The translations under genes and the position numbers were made by a program. Positions 37,496 through 47,214 of a stretch of 64,000 nucleotides of DNA are shown one piece after another; position 1 is the stretch's first letter; every line of letters begins with the position of its first letter. The notes under the pieces were generated by a model. It did not search any database, was not told the DNA's origin, and saw only the letters and a list, made by a program, of their open reading frames with translations. Origin of the DNA: Blautia sp. (GTDB lineage: Bacteria; Bacillota; Clostridia; Lachnospirales; Lachnospiraceae); NCBI GenBank assembly GCA_029257805.1, contig JARIAR010000015.1:2493-66492 (forward strand), in the 5' to 3' direction.

Positions 37496-39451
37496 TTATT
37501 TTTTCTCTTTTATAATGCCTTTTCGATATGCTTCCAATAACTGTGTCAGTTCCTCAATACGTTCCTTCAAAGCTCGTCCTGTATCGGTATCTCCCACAAG
37601 CCTCCTGTGCGTTGTATACCTTACTGCCACACGATTAGAAACAATATCGCTTTCTTTTGAAACAGCTTCTTCTGCTGAAGAAAATGGTTCGTGCGCACAC
37701 AAAATCAAACCATAAGAATTATAAATAAGCGTATATCCTGCAATTCCTGTTACTTTTTGATATGCTTCCGAGAATCCTCCATCGATTACAATCACTTTTC
37801 CATTACATTTTACCGGGCTTTCCCCTTCACTTTGATGAACAGGAACATGACCATTTATAATGTGACCATTATTTGGATCAAGCCCAAACTCTTTCAGCAT
37901 ATTTTCTACAACCTGCTGATTTTCTAAAAGCCGATAATACGCATTTTTCTTTTCCTTATGCGTTTCTTTATCTGCAATAAAATATCGCTCAAATGTTGCC
38001 ATTTTTTCTTTGCCAAAAAGTGGAGAATTGGGTGCTGCCCAAATATACCAGAGTATATCTCTGCTCTTTTCCAGTTCTTCTTCTTCCATTGAATAAAACG
38101 CTCTTCTTACATAAGTTTCAAGAAGATCGTACAGTTCTTTCCCTTTACATGTTTCTCCATAAATCTGTACCTCTTTAAAGGTTCCATCTTCATTCAAAGG
38201 AATGCTTCCATGAAACAGAAGATTTCCATTGTATACTTTATAAAGTCCTCCTTTATCAAGAAGCAGTCGTACATGATTCTGCAGTTTTTCACAATTTCGA
38301 AATGCGGAATCCAGGCGATTCATTACCTCCTGCTCTCCCTCCGTAAGCCTGTACGGATCTGACCAGTCAATAGTAGGGAAACCATCATCCAAAAGTGTAT
38401 ATTCTTTTCCGTCTGCTAAAGTAATGGTGCCTTTTTCCGGGTTGATCCTGTGAAGCATACACCTGTCTTCCATATGAAATTCCGGATTTCTTAAAAGAAG
38501 CTGTCCTTCTAGTTTAAACTGGATAATAGAAATTGCTTTGTGCATTTTTCTTCCCAATTCTTTTTCCAGAGAATGGTACCCTGCCTCATCGCCTTTTACC
38601 CGAAAAACAGAACAGGAATCTCCTTCATATGCCTCCATTGCAAAAGTTGCAAGAGGCATCATATTAATTCCGTATCCATCCTCCAGAATATCCAGATTTC
38701 CATAACGAAGACTGTTCCGGATCACAGTTGCAATACATGCTCTCTGCCCTACAGCAGCCCCCATCCATACTACATCATGATTTCCCCATTGAATATCAAG
38801 GGAATGATACTCCATCAGCCTGTCCATAATGAAATGCGGTCCTGGACCCCTGTCATAAATATCCCCTAAAATATGAAGATGATCCACCACCAGTCGCTGA
38901 ATCAATTCTGCAAGAGCAATAATAAAATTTTCTGCTCTGCCAATCTGAATAATGGTGTTGACAATAGAATCATAATACGCTTCTTTGTCCAGAACCTCTG
39001 CCTTCTCAGTGATCAATTCCTCTATCACATATGCGTAATCTGCCGGAAGGGCTTTTCGCACTTTGGAACGTGTATATTTGGATGCAGTTGTCTTACATAT
39101 TTCAATCAGTCGGTACAATGTAATTTTGTACCAGTTTTCCATATCTTCTTCCTGTTTCTTTACAAGTGCGATTTTTTCTTTTGGATAATAGATCAAAGTA
39201 GCAATCGATCGTTTATCCTGGTTGCTTAAGGTATGTCCAAATACATCGTCTATTTTTTTTCGTACCGCACCGGAACCATTGCGCAGCACATGAGAAAATG
39301 CTTCATATTCTCCATGAATATCCGACAGAAAATGCTCGGTTCCTTTTGGTAAATTTAAAATAGACTGAAGATTGATTATCTCCGTAGATGCCTTTCCTAT
39401 AGTGGGATAAAGCTCTGCAAGCCGCTTTAAATAACGCAGATTTTCTTTCAT
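37496..39451 (-). CDS. fbp: Fructose-1,6-bisphosphatase, class 3
   Basis: About 651 aa from MKENLRYLKRLAELYPT, with the metallophosphoesterase motif LSDIHGEYEAF. AGGAGG SD before ATG 39451. This removes the apparent overlap with polC. Confidence 0.9.
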   Translation of the reverse strand: MKENLRYLKRLAELYPTIGKASTEIINLQSILNLPKGTEHFLSDIHGEYEAFSHVLRNGSGAVRKKIDDVFGHTLSNQDKRSIATLIYYPKEKIALVKKQEEDMENWYKITLYRLIEICKTTASKYTRSKVRKALPADYAYVIEELITEKAEVLDKEAYYDSIVNTIIQIGRAENFIIALAELIQRLVVDHLHILGDIYDRGPGPHFIMDRLMEYHSLDIQWGNHDVVWMGAAVGQRACIATVIRNSLRYGNLDILEDGYGINMMPLATFAMEAYEGDSCSVFRVKGDEAGYHSLEKELGRKMHKAISIIQFKLEGQLLLRNPEFHMEDRCMLHRINPEKGTITLADGKEYTLLDDGFPTIDWSDPYRLTEGEQEVMNRLDSAFRNCEKLQNHVRLLLDKGGLYKVYNGNLLFHGSIPLNEDGTFKEVQIYGETCKGKELYDLLETYVRRAFYSMEEEELEKSRDILWYIWAAPNSPLFGKEKMATFERYFIADKETHKEKKNAYYRLLENQQVVENMLKEFGLDPNNGHIINGHVPVHQSEGESPVKCNGKVIVIDGGFSEAYQKVTGIAGYTLIYNSYGLILCAHEPFSSAEEAVSKESDIVSNRVAVRYTTHRRLVGDTDTGRALKERIEELTQLLEAYRKGIIKEKK

Positions 39452-39476
39452 AATTCCTCCTGTCTGAAACTTCCTG

Positions 39477-42400
39477 TCAGCCTGTAAAATCAAATAACGA
39501 CATCTGATTAGACTGTGGAATATCTCCAAATAACTGCAGATCGTCCATTAAATCAATAACGGTTTTACTTACCTTGGTTCTGTCACGAAAATCATCTTTT
39601 GAAAGAAATTTACCCTGTTTTGCAGCTTCCACTACTGCATCTGCCGCTTTATCTCCAAGACCATCAATGGTAGCGATGGCAGGCATCAGTTTTCCATCTA
39701 TAATCTGAAAACGATGTGCCTGTGCTTTATATAGATCGATAGGCAAAAATTCAAACCCTCTTGCGTACATTTCCTGTACAATACGCATATCCTTTAAAGT
39801 ATCCTGCTCTTTCTTAGAAGCCTCATCACCTTTTTTTCTGATTTCCGCCATATAAAATTCCAGTCGTTCTTTTCCCATACACATCAGTTCGTAAGAAAAT
39901 GCAGTTGCACGAATACTAAAATAAGCAGCATAATAAGCAAGAGGATGAAACACTTTATACCAGGCAATTCGATATGCCATCATAACATATGCCGCTGCAT
40001 GTGCTTTCGGAAACATATACTTGATTAATTTACATGACCAGATATACCAGTCCGGAACATCGTGTTCTTTCATCGTCTCGATCCATTCATCACGAAGTCC
40101 TTTTCCCTTTCGGACACTCTCCATGATCGTAAATGCCAGTCCGCTTTCTACCCCTTTTCCAATAAGATAGATCATAATATCATCTCGAGTACAAATAGCC
40201 GTGGAAATGGTAGCTTTGCCCTCCTGTATCAGCACCTGTGCATTTCCAAGCCATACATCTGTACCATGAGACAGACCTGCAATACGGACAAGATCGGAAA
40301 AGTATTTTGGTTTCGTATCAATAAGCATCTGCATAGCAAAATCCGTACCGAATTCCGGTATTCCAAGGCAACCAAGCTTACATCCTCCTATATCTTCCGG
40401 GGTAATCCCCAGTGCTTTTGTACTTGCAAAAAGAGACATTACATCTTTCTGATCAAGAGGAACGGTTCTTGCACTGATTCCGGTAAGATCTTCCAGCATA
40501 CGGATCATCGTAGGATCATCATGCCCCAGAATATCTAGTTTTAACAGGTTTCCATCTATGGAATGATAATCAAAATGCGTCGTAATAATATCGCTATTTA
40601 CATCATTTGCAGGATGCTGTACAGGTGTGAATTTTTCAATTTCTTCTCCTTTCGGAAGTACAATAATACCTCCCGGATGCTGCCCGGTTGTACGACGTAC
40701 CCCGGTACATCCCTTTACAATTCTGTTGATCTCACAATAACGTTTATGAACGCCGCGCTCTTCAAAATAATTCTTTACATATCCAAATGCTGTTTTTTCC
40801 GCAAGCGTACCGATGGTTCCCGCTTTAAACGTCTGCCCTTTTCCGAAGATTACCTCTGTATAACGATGCGCATTTCCCTGATATTCTCCGGAAAAATTCA
40901 GGTCAATATCCGGCTCTTTGTCTCCCTTAAATCCCAGGAACGTTTCAAAAGGAATATCAAATCCTTCTTTACTGAGTTTTTCTCCACATACCGGGCATAT
41001 TTTATCCGGCATATCACATCCTGCCATTCCTGCATACGCCTTCACCTCAGGTGAATCAAAATCACTATATTTACATTTGGTGCAAATATAATGAGGAGGA
41101 AGAGGATTTACTTCTGTAATCCCTGACATCGTAGCTGCAAAGGAAGAACCTACGGAACCTCGTGATCCTACCAGATATCCGTCTTCATTTGACTTCCACA
41201 CCAGTTTTTGAGCAATAATATACATAACTGCATATCCATTGGATATAATGGAATGAAGTTCTTTTTCCAGCCGCTCCTCCACAATTTGCGGCAGAGGATC
41301 CCCATAAATCTCATGGGCTTTAGCAAAACAGATATTTTTTAAATCCTGATCGGAATTTTCAATAACCGGCGGAAATTTATCCGGATGGATCGGGGATATT
41401 TTTTCAATCATATCTGCAATCTTATTGGTATTTGTAATAACTACTTCTTCTGCTTTTTCGCTTCCAAGATAAGAAAATTCTTCCAGCATTTCTTCCGTGG
41501 TACGAAGATACAGCGGCGCCTGATTATCTGCATCTGAAAACCCATTTCCAGCCATGATGATCCTTCTGTAAATTTCATCCTGGGGATCCATAAAATGGAC
41601 ATCACAGGTAGCAACTACCGGTTTTTTAAACTGCTCTCCCAGCTTTACAATCGTCCGGTTCAGTTCCCTTAAATCTTCTTCGGAATGAACCATATCATTT
41701 CTTTCGTCCGCGATCATAAAATAGTTATTTCCAACAGGCTGGATTTCCAGATAGTCATAAAAATTTACAAGTCTTGCAATTTCCGGCTCAGGTGCATTTC
41801 TAAGAAGAGCCTGATAAAGTTCTCCTGCTTCACAGGCACTTCCGATCAAAAGGCCTTCTCTATATTTTTCAAATACACTTTTCGGAACACGGGGGCGACG
41901 GTGATAATACTTTAAATGAGACTGACTGACCAACTTATATAAGTTGATTCTCCCTGTCTCATTTTTTACAAAAATAATCGCATGATAGGTAGGAAGTTTT
42001 TTAATCGTATCTACAGAAACAACACCCTGCCGGTTCAATTCATCTACATCATAAATATCTCGCTCTGCCAGCATTTTTACAAATGCCACAAATATTTCAG
42101 CTGTACATTCTGCATCTTCCACTGCCCGGTGATGGTTTTTTAAAGAAACTCCAACAGCTTTTGCAACTGTATCAAGCTTAAAACGATTTAAAGCAGGAAG
42201 AAGGAATCTTGCCATTCCCACAGTATCCACATATGTGAAATCATTTGGAATCCCCTGCCGATTGCAATTTTCTATGATAAAACTCATATCAAAGTCAGCA
42301 TTATGGGCAACCATAACAGCGCCTTCACTAAATGCCAAAAATTTTGGAAGAACTTCCTCTATTTCCGGCGCATCCATTACCATGGAATCGTTAATGCCTG

Positions 42401-43943
42401 TAAGCTGTTCAATTCGAAAAGGAATCGGAACTTTCGGATTTACAAATGTGGAAAAACGATCTGTAATCTTTCCCTTTTCCACACGAACTGCTCCAATTTC
42501 TATAATTTTACACGTAAGTGGGGAAAACCCGGTTGTCTCAATATCAAATACTACAAAAGAATCTGAAAGTTTTTGTCCTTTTCCATTTGTAACCATTCCT
42601 TTCAGATCATCTACAAGATATGCTTCCATTCCATACAGGACTTTAAAATCAGAATCCTTTGGCACACATCCACCCCATGCATCGAAACAATGATTTGCCT
42701 CCGGAAACGACTGTACAACACCGTGATCGGTAATGGCAATGGCTTTATGTCCCCATTCATACGCACGCTTTACAAGAGATTTTGCATCTGTCACACCGTC
42801 CATATCGCTCATTTTTGTATGGCAGTGTAATTCCACACGCTTCTGCGGACTTGTATCCATTCTGGCAGTTGTAAAATCTGAAATTTTTTTAATTCCCCAT
42901 ATAGAACCAATGGTAAGTTCACTGTCAAAACGATCTATGGTGGTTACACCACGCAATTTTAAAAATGCACCTTTTTTTACATACTCTGTGACTTCCGGAA
43001 CCTGTTCATTCCTCAAAAACATCTTAACCACAATCGTATCTGTGAAATCTGTTACGGGAAAAATAAGAATTGTCTTCTCATTACGGATTTCTCTTGCCTC
43101 CATATCCAGAACCTGTCCCCGGATAACAACTTCTCCCATTTCTCCAGTGATAGACTCCAAGGTAATTGGTTCTCCTTCGAAATCTCTTCCATATATAACA
43201 TCCGGATTGCTGTCCCTTCGAAAGCTGCCTCGGAACTCTCCTTTTTGCCCTTTCTTTTCTAATCCCTTTTTCTCCTGTTTTCCCTGTACCTTTTTTGTTT
43301 TTTCTTCCTTTTGAGAATCTTTTTCTTCTTTTCCTTCTTCCTGTATCTTGTCCTGTGCATTTACTCCCGCATGTTTCAGTACGTTCTCTACTTCCTGTTG
43401 AATTTGAAGCACTGCATTTTTACGATATTTGCTTTCCGGTGTTTCTTCAAATTTCATTTCTACTTTCAAATCCATACCGCAGCGTTCACAAAATACCTTA
43501 TGAAGATATTCCACCAGAATTTCACTTTTTTCTCTGGCAATTACAGAATCCGGCAGAGTCATACACAATGTATGGTCATCTGGAAACTGTATTCTGGAAC
43601 GCTTAAAAAGATTGTATTCCAGCATATTATAATTTCGTAGTTCCAGTTCCATACTGCTTTTATACGCATCCAGAAAATTTTTAGGCGTGTACTGTCTGGA
43701 AAGAGTAAATTTTTCTATTACAGATACCTCTATCACAATGCCTGGAAAACATTGCCGTTCAATTTCTTTTTCCAATTCCAGCAAATTTTTCTTGTGGATC
43801 CATCGTTCACTTTTAATATAAACACGAACGTGACTTTTCGCTGCATTACAGGATACTTTTGTTACCGATACCATATCCAGAAGTTCTTCCAGCTTTTTAT
43901 TTACTTTTAAATTGGGAAATACATCAAAAAAGTCTTTTTCCAT
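39477..43943 (-). CDS. polC: DNA polymerase III alpha subunit, PolC type
   Basis: 1488 aa. PHP (ELHCHTKMSDMDG), DEDDh exonuclease insert (FVVFDIETTGFS) and the polymerase core. Confidence 0.97.
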   Translation of the reverse strand: MEKDFFDVFPNLKVNKKLEELLDMVSVTKVSCNAAKSHVRVYIKSERWIHKKNLLELEKEIERQCFPGIVIEVSVIEKFTLSRQYTPKNFLDAYKSSMELELRNYNMLEYNLFKRSRIQFPDDHTLCMTLPDSVIAREKSEILVEYLHKVFCERCGMDLKVEMKFEETPESKYRKNAVLQIQQEVENVLKHAGVNAQDKIQEEGKEEKDSQKEEKTKKVQGKQEKKGLEKKGQKGEFRGSFRRDSNPDVIYGRDFEGEPITLESITGEMGEVVIRGQVLDMEAREIRNEKTILIFPVTDFTDTIVVKMFLRNEQVPEVTEYVKKGAFLKLRGVTTIDRFDSELTIGSIWGIKKISDFTTARMDTSPQKRVELHCHTKMSDMDGVTDAKSLVKRAYEWGHKAIAITDHGVVQSFPEANHCFDAWGGCVPKDSDFKVLYGMEAYLVDDLKGMVTNGKGQKLSDSFVVFDIETTGFSPLTCKIIEIGAVRVEKGKITDRFSTFVNPKVPIPFRIEQLTGINDSMVMDAPEIEEVLPKFLAFSEGAVMVAHNADFDMSFIIENCNRQGIPNDFTYVDTVGMARFLLPALNRFKLDTVAKAVGVSLKNHHRAVEDAECTAEIFVAFVKMLAERDIYDVDELNRQGVVSVDTIKKLPTYHAIIFVKNETGRINLYKLVSQSHLKYYHRRPRVPKSVFEKYREGLLIGSACEAGELYQALLRNAPEPEIARLVNFYDYLEIQPVGNNYFMIADERNDMVHSEEDLRELNRTIVKLGEQFKKPVVATCDVHFMDPQDEIYRRIIMAGNGFSDADNQAPLYLRTTEEMLEEFSYLGSEKAEEVVITNTNKIADMIEKISPIHPDKFPPVIENSDQDLKNICFAKAHEIYGDPLPQIVEERLEKELHSIISNGYAVMYIIAQKLVWKSNEDGYLVGSRGSVGSSFAATMSGITEVNPLPPHYICTKCKYSDFDSPEVKAYAGMAGCDMPDKICPVCGEKLSKEGFDIPFETFLGFKGDKEPDIDLNFSGEYQGNAHRYTEVIFGKGQTFKAGTIGTLAEKTAFGYVKNYFEERGVHKRYCEINRIVKGCTGVRRTTGQHPGGIIVLPKGEEIEKFTPVQHPANDVNSDIITTHFDYHSIDGNLLKLDILGHDDPTMIRMLEDLTGISARTVPLDQKDVMSLFASTKALGITPEDIGGCKLGCLGIPEFGTDFAMQMLIDTKPKYFSDLVRIAGLSHGTDVWLGNAQVLIQEGKATISTAICTRDDIMIYLIGKGVESGLAFTIMESVRKGKGLRDEWIETMKEHDVPDWYIWSCKLIKYMFPKAHAAAYVMMAYRIAWYKVFHPLAYYAAYFSIRATAFSYELMCMGKERLEFYMAEIRKKGDEASKKEQDTLKDMRIVQEMYARGFEFLPIDLYKAQAHRFQIIDGKLMPAIATIDGLGDKAADAVVEAAKQGKFLSKDDFRDRTKVSKTVIDLMDDLQLFGDIPQSNQMSLFDFTG

Positions 43944-43958
43944 AAATTCATCTTCCTT

Positions 43959-45011
43959 TTATTTCCAGTTAAGAAGCTCTTCCCGAAGAGTATCAAGAAG
44001 CTGTGTTTCCGGTACTTTTTTTATAATTTCACCTTTTTTGATTAAAAGGCCTACTCCTTTTCCTCCTGCGATTCCTATATCTGCTTCTTTTGCTTCACCT
44101 GGTCCATTTACAACACATCCCATAACTGCAACCTTTATATCAAGAGGAATGTCCTGTACCATTGTTTCTACCTGATTTGCCAGACCAATAAGATCAATCT
44201 GTGTACGTCCACAGGTTGGACATGACACCACTTCAATTCCTCCCTTACGAAGTCCCAGTGTCTTTAAAATTCTTTTTGCTGATTTTATCTCTTCTAATGG
44301 CGCTCCTGTGAGAGAGACACGAATTGTATCTCCGATTCCCTGAGAAAGAATCATCCCCAGCCCTACAGCTGATTTAATATTTCCAGAATAAAGAGTTCCT
44401 GCTTCTGTGATTCCTACATGAAGAGGATAATTTGTTTTTTCTGCGATCTGTTCATGCGCTTTTGCACACATTAAAACATCCGATGATTTAATGCTGATCA
44501 CAAGATTATCATAGCCCATCTCTTCAATGATCTTTACTTTATCAAGCGCACTCTCCACAAGACCTTCTGCAGTTACTCCATGATATTTTTCTACAAGTTC
44601 CTTTTCAAGTGAGCCACTGTTTACCCCTACTCTTATAGGAATATTCCTCTCTTTTGCAACATCCACAACTGCTTTAATCCGTTCTTTACTTCCAATATTA
44701 CCGGGATTGATACGGATTTTATCAGCTCCGTTTTCCATTGCTGCAATGGCAAGACGATAATCAAAATGAATATCTGCCACCAGAGGGATATGAATCTGTT
44801 TTCGAATTTCGTTAAGAGCCTCTGCTGCTTCCATAGTTGGTACTGCACAACGGATAATCTCACAACCTGCTTTCTCCAATGCCAGAATCTGATCTACTGT
44901 TGCTTTCACATCTTCTGTTTTCGTATTTGTCATTGACTGGATCAAAATCGGATTTCCTCCGCCAATCTTACGTTCTCCAATTTTTATTACTTTTGTATGA
45001 TCTCTGTACAT
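43959..45011 (-). CDS. ispG: 4-hydroxy-3-methylbut-2-enyl diphosphate synthase
   Basis: 350 aa. TIM-barrel N-domain and the C-terminal 4Fe-4S motif SCPTCGR...GCVVNGPGE. Confidence 0.95.
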   Translation of the reverse strand: MYRDHTKVIKIGERKIGGGNPILIQSMTNTKTEDVKATVDQILALEKAGCEIIRCAVPTMEAAEALNEIRKQIHIPLVADIHFDYRLAIAAMENGADKIRINPGNIGSKERIKAVVDVAKERNIPIRVGVNSGSLEKELVEKYHGVTAEGLVESALDKVKIIEEMGYDNLVISIKSSDVLMCAKAHEQIAEKTNYPLHVGITEAGTLYSGNIKSAVGLGMILSQGIGDTIRVSLTGAPLEEIKSAKRILKTLGLRKGGIEVVSCPTCGRTQIDLIGLANQVETMVQDIPLDIKVAVMGCVVNGPGEAKEADIGIAGGKGVGLLIKKGEIIKKVPETQLLDTLREELLNWK

Positions 45012-45035
45012 CTTACTCTCCTTCTTATAAATATT

Positions 45036-46010
45036 TTATGGTTCCAGACCAGAAGATTTTTCTTTGCCGGTAATGATTTCAGGCACAATGGTAATATTTC
45101 GTCTGACCTCTTTTCCTTCTAAAATTTCCATTGCTGTATCAAAGGCAAGACTTCCAAAATCAGGACTTTGAATTGTTGCATTTAAAACTCCCTTTTCAAG
45201 AAGCTTTAATCCTGCACTTTCTCCTTCAAATCCATCAACACCGATACGTTTTCCATTTTCCTTTACCCGAAACTGCTGGCAGGCCAGATACGCACCATAC
45301 GCCATTTCATCGTTAAATGCAAACACAATGTCCGGATTTTTATTCGTTACAAGATAATCTTTCATACGAAGTTCTGCCTGATCTTTCAACCAGTCTCCTG
45401 CATAATAAGTAATCTTCTCTTCCGGGATTTTATGTTTCACAGTATCCTGAAATCCTTTCAGACGCTTTTGGGAAATAGGTGATTTCTCCACTCCCTGCAT
45501 AACCACGATTTCATTTCCTTCTTCATAAAGTTCTTCCAGAATATATTCTCCAGCCAAATGTCCGATTTCCTCATCATCTACCTGAATCACGGTTGTATAG
45601 GCATCTGTAGGGGGACTCACCCCTAAAACAACAATCGGAATTTTTTTAAAAACTTTCTCCATTACTGCATCAAGATCACTGCTGCCATCCGGTACAACAA
45701 TTAACAGATCTACTCCATACTCCATTAGTGTTTCAATATCCTCCACCTGTTTTTCCGTACTGCCGGCACCATCCCTGAAAATAATATTAATATTCTCACT
45801 TCTTTCTACTTCTGCAGTAAGTACCTGTACCAGATGATTCAGCCACGGTTCCATAACATTTGTAAGACTCACTCCTATGAGATGAGGATATCCGTCTGTT
45901 TGTATATTTTCCTGACTGCTGCAGGAAGAAAAAGTCACAGTGCACACAAGCAACAGGATAAGCAGGATGATCCCCAGCCCTCTTTTTCTATATCTATATT
46001 TGTCCTTCAC
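45036..46010 (-). CDS. Periplasmic-binding-protein (ribose/LacI-like fold) lipoprotein, probable sensor-associated sugar receptor
   Basis: 324 aa. Signal peptide ending TFSSC (lipobox-like). Peripla_BP-type fold. It sits directly downstream of the YesM/YesN pair. Confidence 0.7.
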   Translation of the reverse strand: MKDKYRYRKRGLGIILLILLLVCTVTFSSCSSQENIQTDGYPHLIGVSLTNVMEPWLNHLVQVLTAEVERSENINIIFRDGAGSTEKQVEDIETLMEYGVDLLIVVPDGSSDLDAVMEKVFKKIPIVVLGVSPPTDAYTTVIQVDDEEIGHLAGEYILEELYEEGNEIVVMQGVEKSPISQKRLKGFQDTVKHKIPEEKITYYAGDWLKDQAELRMKDYLVTNKNPDIVFAFNDEMAYGAYLACQQFRVKENGKRIGVDGFEGESAGLKLLEKGVLNATIQSPDFGSLAFDTAMEILEGKEVRRNITIVPEIITGKEKSSGLEP

Positions 46011-46024
46011 ACTGTTTTCCTCCG

Positions 46025-47206
46025 TTACTCCTGCACAAGTGTCTTTCGAAATTCTGAAGGAGAAATCCCCTGACAGTTTTTAAATGCAGCTGAAAAATAA
46101 TGCTGATTGCTATATCCCACCTGTTCTGCAATCTGGTTAAGAGAAAGCTGCGGATTGCGCATAAGGCGAATTGCATGGTTAATTCTCAGCATGGTAAGAA
46201 AATCTTTAAAAGAAATTCCCAACTCTTGTTTCATTACACGGCTCAGATAAGAAGGATTCAATCCTATTGCATCTGCCACCTCCGTAAGATCCAGATCACG
46301 CTTTCCATAATTAGCATAGATATAATTTCTGGCCTCCTGAACAACCGGTTTGCATTCCATTGCCTTACGGCCTCTTTCGTGAATTTCTGCATAAACGGAT
46401 GGAACTTTCTCACGCCTGCATATTTCTGTGAAAATCCAGCACTTTCCTCCAGTTTCCTTTTCTATCCTTTCTGTTATCCTTCTTTGAAATGCCTCTATAT
46501 CTTTAGGATATTCTCCTGAAAGCCCTACCCCTTCCTGACATGTGCTTACAAAAACCCACGCGTTTCCTGCACTTTTTAACTCTTCCTCCATTATAAATTC
46601 TACTGTCTGCTTATGCCTTTCTCTTTCTTTTTCATAGGAAAACTTTATCAGGATCACAGTTAAAAACAACTCCTGCGGGATACCCATTTCAAGAAATTCC
46701 GCCTGCTCTTTCCACTCATGTTCTGTCAGATTCCCCTGTAGCCAGTCATGAAAAAATTTTTCTCTTAAATACTGTCTGCTCTGCTTAAACTGTTCCTGCA
46801 TCTTTTCCATAAATTTCCTATTTTTTCTTGTTTGCTCTAATGTTTTTACAACTTCTGCCAGAGTATTTTCCAGTTCTTCCTCTGCAATAGGTTTTAAAAG
46901 ATAAGCACAAACTCCCAGTTTCATCGCTTCCTTCGCATAAGAAAATTCATTAAAGCCAGATATGATAATCGTCTTACACTCCAGATCCAGTTTTTGAAGT
47001 TCCTCTAAAAACGCAATCCCATTTAATCTTGGCATGCAGATATCCAGCAACAGAATATCCGGTCTGTACTCTTGCGCTTTTTCAAGAGCATCCAGACCAT
47101 TTTTTGCTTCTGCACATACATGCAAAGGGAGGGAAAAATCATTTAATGTATTTTTTAATCCCTGCCGGATTTTAGGTTCATCATCCGCAATCAAAACTTT
47201 CCACAT
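46025..47206 (-). CDS. Response regulator, CheY receiver + AraC HTH (YesN-like)
   Basis: Starts MWKVLIADDEP. C-terminal AraC signature IAEQVGYSNQHYFSAAFK. AGGAG SD before ATG 47206. Confidence 0.9.
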   Translation of the reverse strand: MWKVLIADDEPKIRQGLKNTLNDFSLPLHVCAEAKNGLDALEKAQEYRPDILLLDICMPRLNGIAFLEELQKLDLECKTIIISGFNEFSYAKEAMKLGVCAYLLKPIAEEELENTLAEVVKTLEQTRKNRKFMEKMQEQFKQSRQYLREKFFHDWLQGNLTEHEWKEQAEFLEMGIPQELFLTVILIKFSYEKERERHKQTVEFIMEEELKSAGNAWVFVSTCQEGVGLSGEYPKDIEAFQRRITERIEKETGGKCWIFTEICRREKVPSVYAEIHERGRKAMECKPVVQEARNYIYANYGKRDLDLTEVADAIGLNPSYLSRVMKQELGISFKDFLTMLRINHAIRLMRNPQLSLNQIAEQVGYSNQHYFSAAFKNCQGISPSEFRKTLVQE

Positions 47207-47214
47207 AACGTCTC

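Noticed and set aside
42235-43640. Cluster of long plus-strand ORFs (152, 193, 103 and 109 aa) antisense to polC
   Set aside because: They coincide with the Lys/Glu-rich linker of PolC (residues about 197-241, nt 43221-43355) and neighbouring purine-rich codons, which suppress stop codons on the opposite strand. The translations are Ser/Phe/Leu low-complexity. The linker itself is an ordinary variable spacer, not an intein or mobile insertion.
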